DNA from: Alkalilimnicola ehrlichii MLHE-1
GTDB taxonomy: Bacteria; Pseudomonadota; Gammaproteobacteria; Nitrococcales; Halorhodospiraceae
Length of the DNA: 32,000 nt
Reading direction: 5' to 3'
NCBI RefSeq assembly: GCF_000014785.1
Contig: NC_008340.1
Span: forward strand, 1,710,001-1,742,000
The notes below the pieces were generated by a model. That model worked only from the letters and a program-made list of their open reading frames with translations, had not been told where the DNA came from and searched no databases. A program made the position numbers and the translations under genes. Shown piece by piece: positions 28,843-32,000 of this stretch (positions are counted from its first letter, which is position 1; each line of letters begins with the position of its first letter).

Positions 28843-29327
28843 TTCCCCCCCTGGGTGTTTATTACAGGTGAAAAGGCCCTGGTTGGCCTGCCCCGGCATT
28901 GCGAGGGCAAGGCCGGCCAAGGGTGCAAACCTAACAGGTTCGTTACCCGCCGTCCCACCCCTGGGCGGCTCGTGGGACTTCCTGGGCACTTGTCCTGAGT
29001 GAGCATGATCCGGAACCGCTCTGGTTCCCTGGTACCCACAACGTTGCCGAGCACGTCGAACGGCGCTCAGGTTGAAATGCCCACCTCCGCCGTAGACAAA
29101 CGGGTCATCGAACCCGAATGCCGCGACGGCATCGCCACCGGTTCGGCCGCCTGCCGATAGCCAACGCACCCACTGTCATGCCGCAGCCAGCACGCATCGC
29201 GCAGACCAGCATTGCCAAAAAGCCATTCTCCATGGTGCTATTTCTACCTCCATTCAGAGTCCGGCCCTGGCACGCGTTCGCCTAAGGGCGAACGACTTGA
29301 GTCGCTTCCGGGAGGATCCCTGTCAGC

Positions 29328-30050
29328 ATGCCCCCACCTACCCTTTCCGTCATTATCCCGGCCTGGAACGAGGCCCGCGAGTTACCGGCCACCCTGCGCG
29401 CGCTGGAGGAGGCCATCAATGGGTCAGGCCTCAGCGTGGAGGTCATCGTGGTGGACAACGACTCCGAGGACGAGACGGCAGCGATCGCCCGCCAGGCAGG
29501 CGCCCGGGTGGTGCACGAGCCGGAACGGCGCATTGCCCGGGTGCGGAACCGGGGCGCTGAGTTCGCGACGGCTCCCTGGCTTCTATTCCTGGATGCGGAC
29601 ACCCGGGTGACCCCTGTTCACCTCCTTGCCGTGCGGGACGCGCTGTCGGGCGAATGGGCCGGCGGAGGTGTGCCCGTCGCCATGGATCGTCCCCTGCCCC
29701 GTTTTCCGGCGCTGGGGCTGTCCCTCTGGAACGCCCTGTCGCGCCGGTTCTCTCTGGCGGCGGGCTGTTTCTTTTTTGTACGGGCAGAGTTGCACCGGTC
29801 GGTGGGCGGGTTTCCGGAGCATGTGTATGCCGGCGAGGAGGTGGGGCACTCCCGGCGACTGCAACGCATCGCCCGGCAGCGGGGACTTCGCTTCGGCATC
29901 CTGGACGCTGAACCGGTGGTCACCTCCGGGCGAAAGCTGGACTGGTACGCCACTTGGCAGCACGCGCTGGTGGCACTGGTCTTCGTGGTCTTTCCTTGGG
30001 CGGGACGGTTCCGGCGGTTGAGCTGGTTCTGGTATCGCCGGCCGGACTAA
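29328..30050 (+). CDS. Family 2 glycosyltransferase
   Basis: TLSVIIPAWNEARELPATLRALEEA, VEVIVVDNDSEDET, PWLLFLDADTRV, FVRAELHRSVGGFPEHVYAGEEVGHSRRLQR. Confidence 0.92.
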   Translation: MPPPTLSVIIPAWNEARELPATLRALEEAINGSGLSVEVIVVDNDSEDETAAIARQAGARVVHEPERRIARVRNRGAEFATAPWLLFLDADTRVTPVHLLAVRDALSGEWAGGGVPVAMDRPLPRFPALGLSLWNALSRRFSLAAGCFFFVRAELHRSVGGFPEHVYAGEEVGHSRRLQRIARQRGLRFGILDAEPVVTSGRKLDWYATWQHALVALVFVVFPWAGRFRRLSWFWYRRPD

Positions 30051-30139
30051 TGTGGATCGGTGCGCCGCGGCCGGGTCCCCGGTTGCCGCACTGCTGTGGC
30101 ACACTCCAGTCTGCACTTGGGTAAGGGAACATCGCGATT

Positions 30140-30745
30140 ATGGATTCATCGGCATTACCGGCAGTACGGATTGGCCTGGTGTCCGTCAGTGACCGGGCCT
30201 CCAGCGGTGCCTACGAGGACAAGGGGATCCCTGCACTGCGGCATTGGCTGGAGCAGGCGCTACGCAATCCGGTCGAATGGGAGACTCGGCTCATCCCGGA
30301 CGACCAGCAGACCATCAGCGACACGCTGACTGAGCTCGTCGACCAATCGTGCTGCAATCTGGTGCTGACCAGCGGTGGAACCGGACCGGCGCCCCGGGAC
30401 GTCACGCCGGAGGCGACCCTGGCGGTCTCGGACCGCGAGATGCCGGGCTTCGGAGAGCAAATGCGCCAGATCAGTCTCACCTTCGTGCCCACCGCCATCC
30501 TGTCACGGCAGGTGGCCGTCATTCGGGGCCAGGCCCTAATCATCAACCTGCCAGGGCAGCCCAAGGCCATCGCGGAAACCTTGAGCGGCCTGCCCGACCA
30601 TACCCCGCCGGTGCACGGCATATTCGCGGCGGTGCCCTATTGTGTCGAGCTGATCGGTGGCCCCTACATCGAGACCGATCCCGCGGTCTGCAAGGCCTTT
30701 CGGCCCAAGTCAGCGCGCCGGGACAAACCCGACGCGCGTCGCTGA
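30140..30745 (+). CDS. mog: Molybdenum cofactor biosynthesis protein, MogA/MoaB family (molybdopterin adenylyltransferase)
   Basis: IGLVSVSDRASSGAYEDKGIPAL, LVLTSGGTGPAPRDVTPEAT, REMPGFGEQMR, ALIINLPGQPKAIAE. Confidence 0.93.
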   Translation: MDSSALPAVRIGLVSVSDRASSGAYEDKGIPALRHWLEQALRNPVEWETRLIPDDQQTISDTLTELVDQSCCNLVLTSGGTGPAPRDVTPEATLAVSDREMPGFGEQMRQISLTFVPTAILSRQVAVIRGQALIINLPGQPKAIAETLSGLPDHTPPVHGIFAAVPYCVELIGGPYIETDPAVCKAFRPKSARRDKPDARR

Positions 30746-30884
30746 AGGACGCCTCGGGGGAACCCGATCTGGCAATATCCAGTCCAACTAGGACAACCAC
30801 CACGGCCAGTTTACAGAACCAGCCCCTCTCGAGAGGCTGGTGACCACGAGGCGATAAGCGAAGTGCTTTATGGGACAGCGAACC

Positions 30885-31184
30885 ATGCGAATTGAAATCC
30901 CCGGCGACCTCACGTTCTCGGATCTGCACCTGACCCGGGAGTCGGACGGGTCGGTGAGTTTCGACTGGACCGTGATCGAGCAGATCTGCGAGGCCAACGA
31001 CATCGCCCCGGAGGAGTTTATGGACCCACCGGAGGAGAACCTGGCCAACTTACTCATGGGGTGGTACTACCGGCACCGTGCGCTTGGCGGTGAGAGCGAT
31101 CCGGTTGCCGAGAGCCTGGCGACGGAGGTGGCCATGGAGGAGTTGTCCGGGCGCACCATCAGCCATCCACCGGGTCACGCCTGA
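30885..31184 (+). CDS. Small acidic hypothetical protein
   Basis: MRIEIPGDLTFSDLHLTRESDGSVSFDWTVIEQICEANDIAPEEFMDPPEENLANLLMGWYYRHRALGG..., an ordered-looking composition in the gap between two annotated genes. Confidence 0.65.
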   Translation: MRIEIPGDLTFSDLHLTRESDGSVSFDWTVIEQICEANDIAPEEFMDPPEENLANLLMGWYYRHRALGGESDPVAESLATEVAMEELSGRTISHPPGHA

Positions 31185-31199
31185 GCATGCGGGCCCATG

Positions 31200-31227
31200 C
31201 CGTCGCTGCCCCCGGGGGCAGCGACGG
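31200..31227. terminator. Perfect 28-nt palindrome between convergent genes, possible bidirectional terminator without U-tract
   Basis: ccgtcgctgccccc/gggggcagcgacgg, exact inverted repeat. Confidence 0.5.
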
Positions 31228-31237
31228 CCGCGGCGCT

Positions 31238-32000
31238 TCAAGTCACAGCGTGGGTCGGCTCGGCGAGGACGGAATCGAGGAACGCCAGTAGCTCGGGCAA
31301 TTCGGCATCGAGATGCCGGCTGAGGTCATGATCACCGGGTAGCAGGTGCAGCACAGCCGGGGTATCACCGCGGCTGGCAAGTAGCCGTTCGGCATCGCAC
31401 AGCGGAACCACCTGATCATCACGTCCGTGCACGAGCAGCACCGGGCAGCGGACTCGCGGCAGGGTGGTGACCGGGGCAATGGCATCAAAGCGGTGGCCGA
31501 TCACACGCTCCACATAGCGCAACACGTACCAGCCCACCGGGAAAAACGGCAGCCCCTTGTCCGCCAACCAGCGGCGCATCATGTCATCCGGACTGGCAAA
31601 GGCCGAAAGGCTGACTACCGCGGAGATGTCACTGCGCCGCGACGCGGCCAGCAACACGGCCGCAGCGCCCACAGAATGCCCCAGCAGTGCCACCGGCGCC
31701 TTGGCCATTCCGGGACGGGCCCGCACCCACGCCAGCGCCGCCTCGGTGTCCTCGGCGAACCGGGGCATGGAGGAGAAGGCATCGCCCTCGCTGTCCCCGT
31801 GGTTGCGCGCGTCGAACAACAGCACGTTCCAACCCGCCGCCTGTAACCGCTTGCCCAGCGGCAGCATCAGCTCGCGATTGGCCCCCCATCCGTGGGTGAT
31901 GACCACTGTGCCAGGCCCTTGGCCGGGCAGCCACCAACCCACCAGCGTTCTGGCCCTGTACGTGGGGATGCGCACCGTTTCGCCCACCACACCATGGTCG
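31238..32000 (-). CDS. Alpha/beta hydrolase, 5' end possibly beyond the right edge
   Basis: TVVITHGWGANRELMLPLGKRLQAAGWNVLLFDARNHG, ALLGHSVGAAAVLLAASRR, LVHGRDDQVVPLCDAERL, LLPGDHDL. The frame stays open upstream of the listed GTG (31990) to the window end. Confidence 0.88.
   Translation of the reverse strand, partial: DHGVVGETVRIPTYRARTLVGWWLPGQGPGTVVITHGWGANRELMLPLGKRLQAAGWNVLLFDARNHGDSEGDAFSSMPRFAEDTEAALAWVRARPGMAKAPVALLGHSVGAAAVLLAASRRSDISAVVSLSAFASPDDMMRRWLADKGLPFFPVGWYVLRYVERVIGHRFDAIAPVTTLPRVRCPVLLVHGRDDQVVPLCDAERLLASRGDTPAVLHLLPGDHDLSRHLDAELPELLAFLDSVLAEPTHAVT

Overview
GC-rich, densely packed chromosomal window from a proteobacterium. Gene content and order (recR/ybaB/dnaX, motAB, orn/rsgA, rimO) fit a gammaproteobacterium, possibly a halophilic or alkaliphilic Ectothiorhodospiraceae-like lineage (inference only). 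It holds about 27 supportable protein genes, nearly all recognisable housekeeping or signalling families. I found no convincing prophage, IS element, CRISPR array, defence island or secondary-metabolite cluster, and I cannot support a claim that a wholly new system is present. Notable items are: (1) a bacteriophytochrome-type PHY-GGDEF gene cut by the left edge; (2) an unlisted 4.5S/SRP RNA gene (ffs) upstream of dnaX on the minus strand; (3) yidD encoded next to ffs/dnaX; (4) an alpha/beta hydrolase with Cys instead of Ser in the nucleophile elbow (GHCLG); (5) a PAS-GGDEF gene whose PAS domain lacks its N-terminal half; (6) an OxyR-like ATAG-N7-CTAT-N7 array plus two palindromes upstream of katG; (7) several long perfect intergenic inverted repeats, one a classic terminator and others without a U-tract; (8) lineage-specific secreted or small hypothetical proteins; (9) a telA/xpaC pair with a small upstream ORF abutting xpaC as TGAATG. 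Many long ORFs in the supplied track (for example the 791-aa minus-strand ORF antisense to katG) are high-GC antisense artefacts and were rejected.
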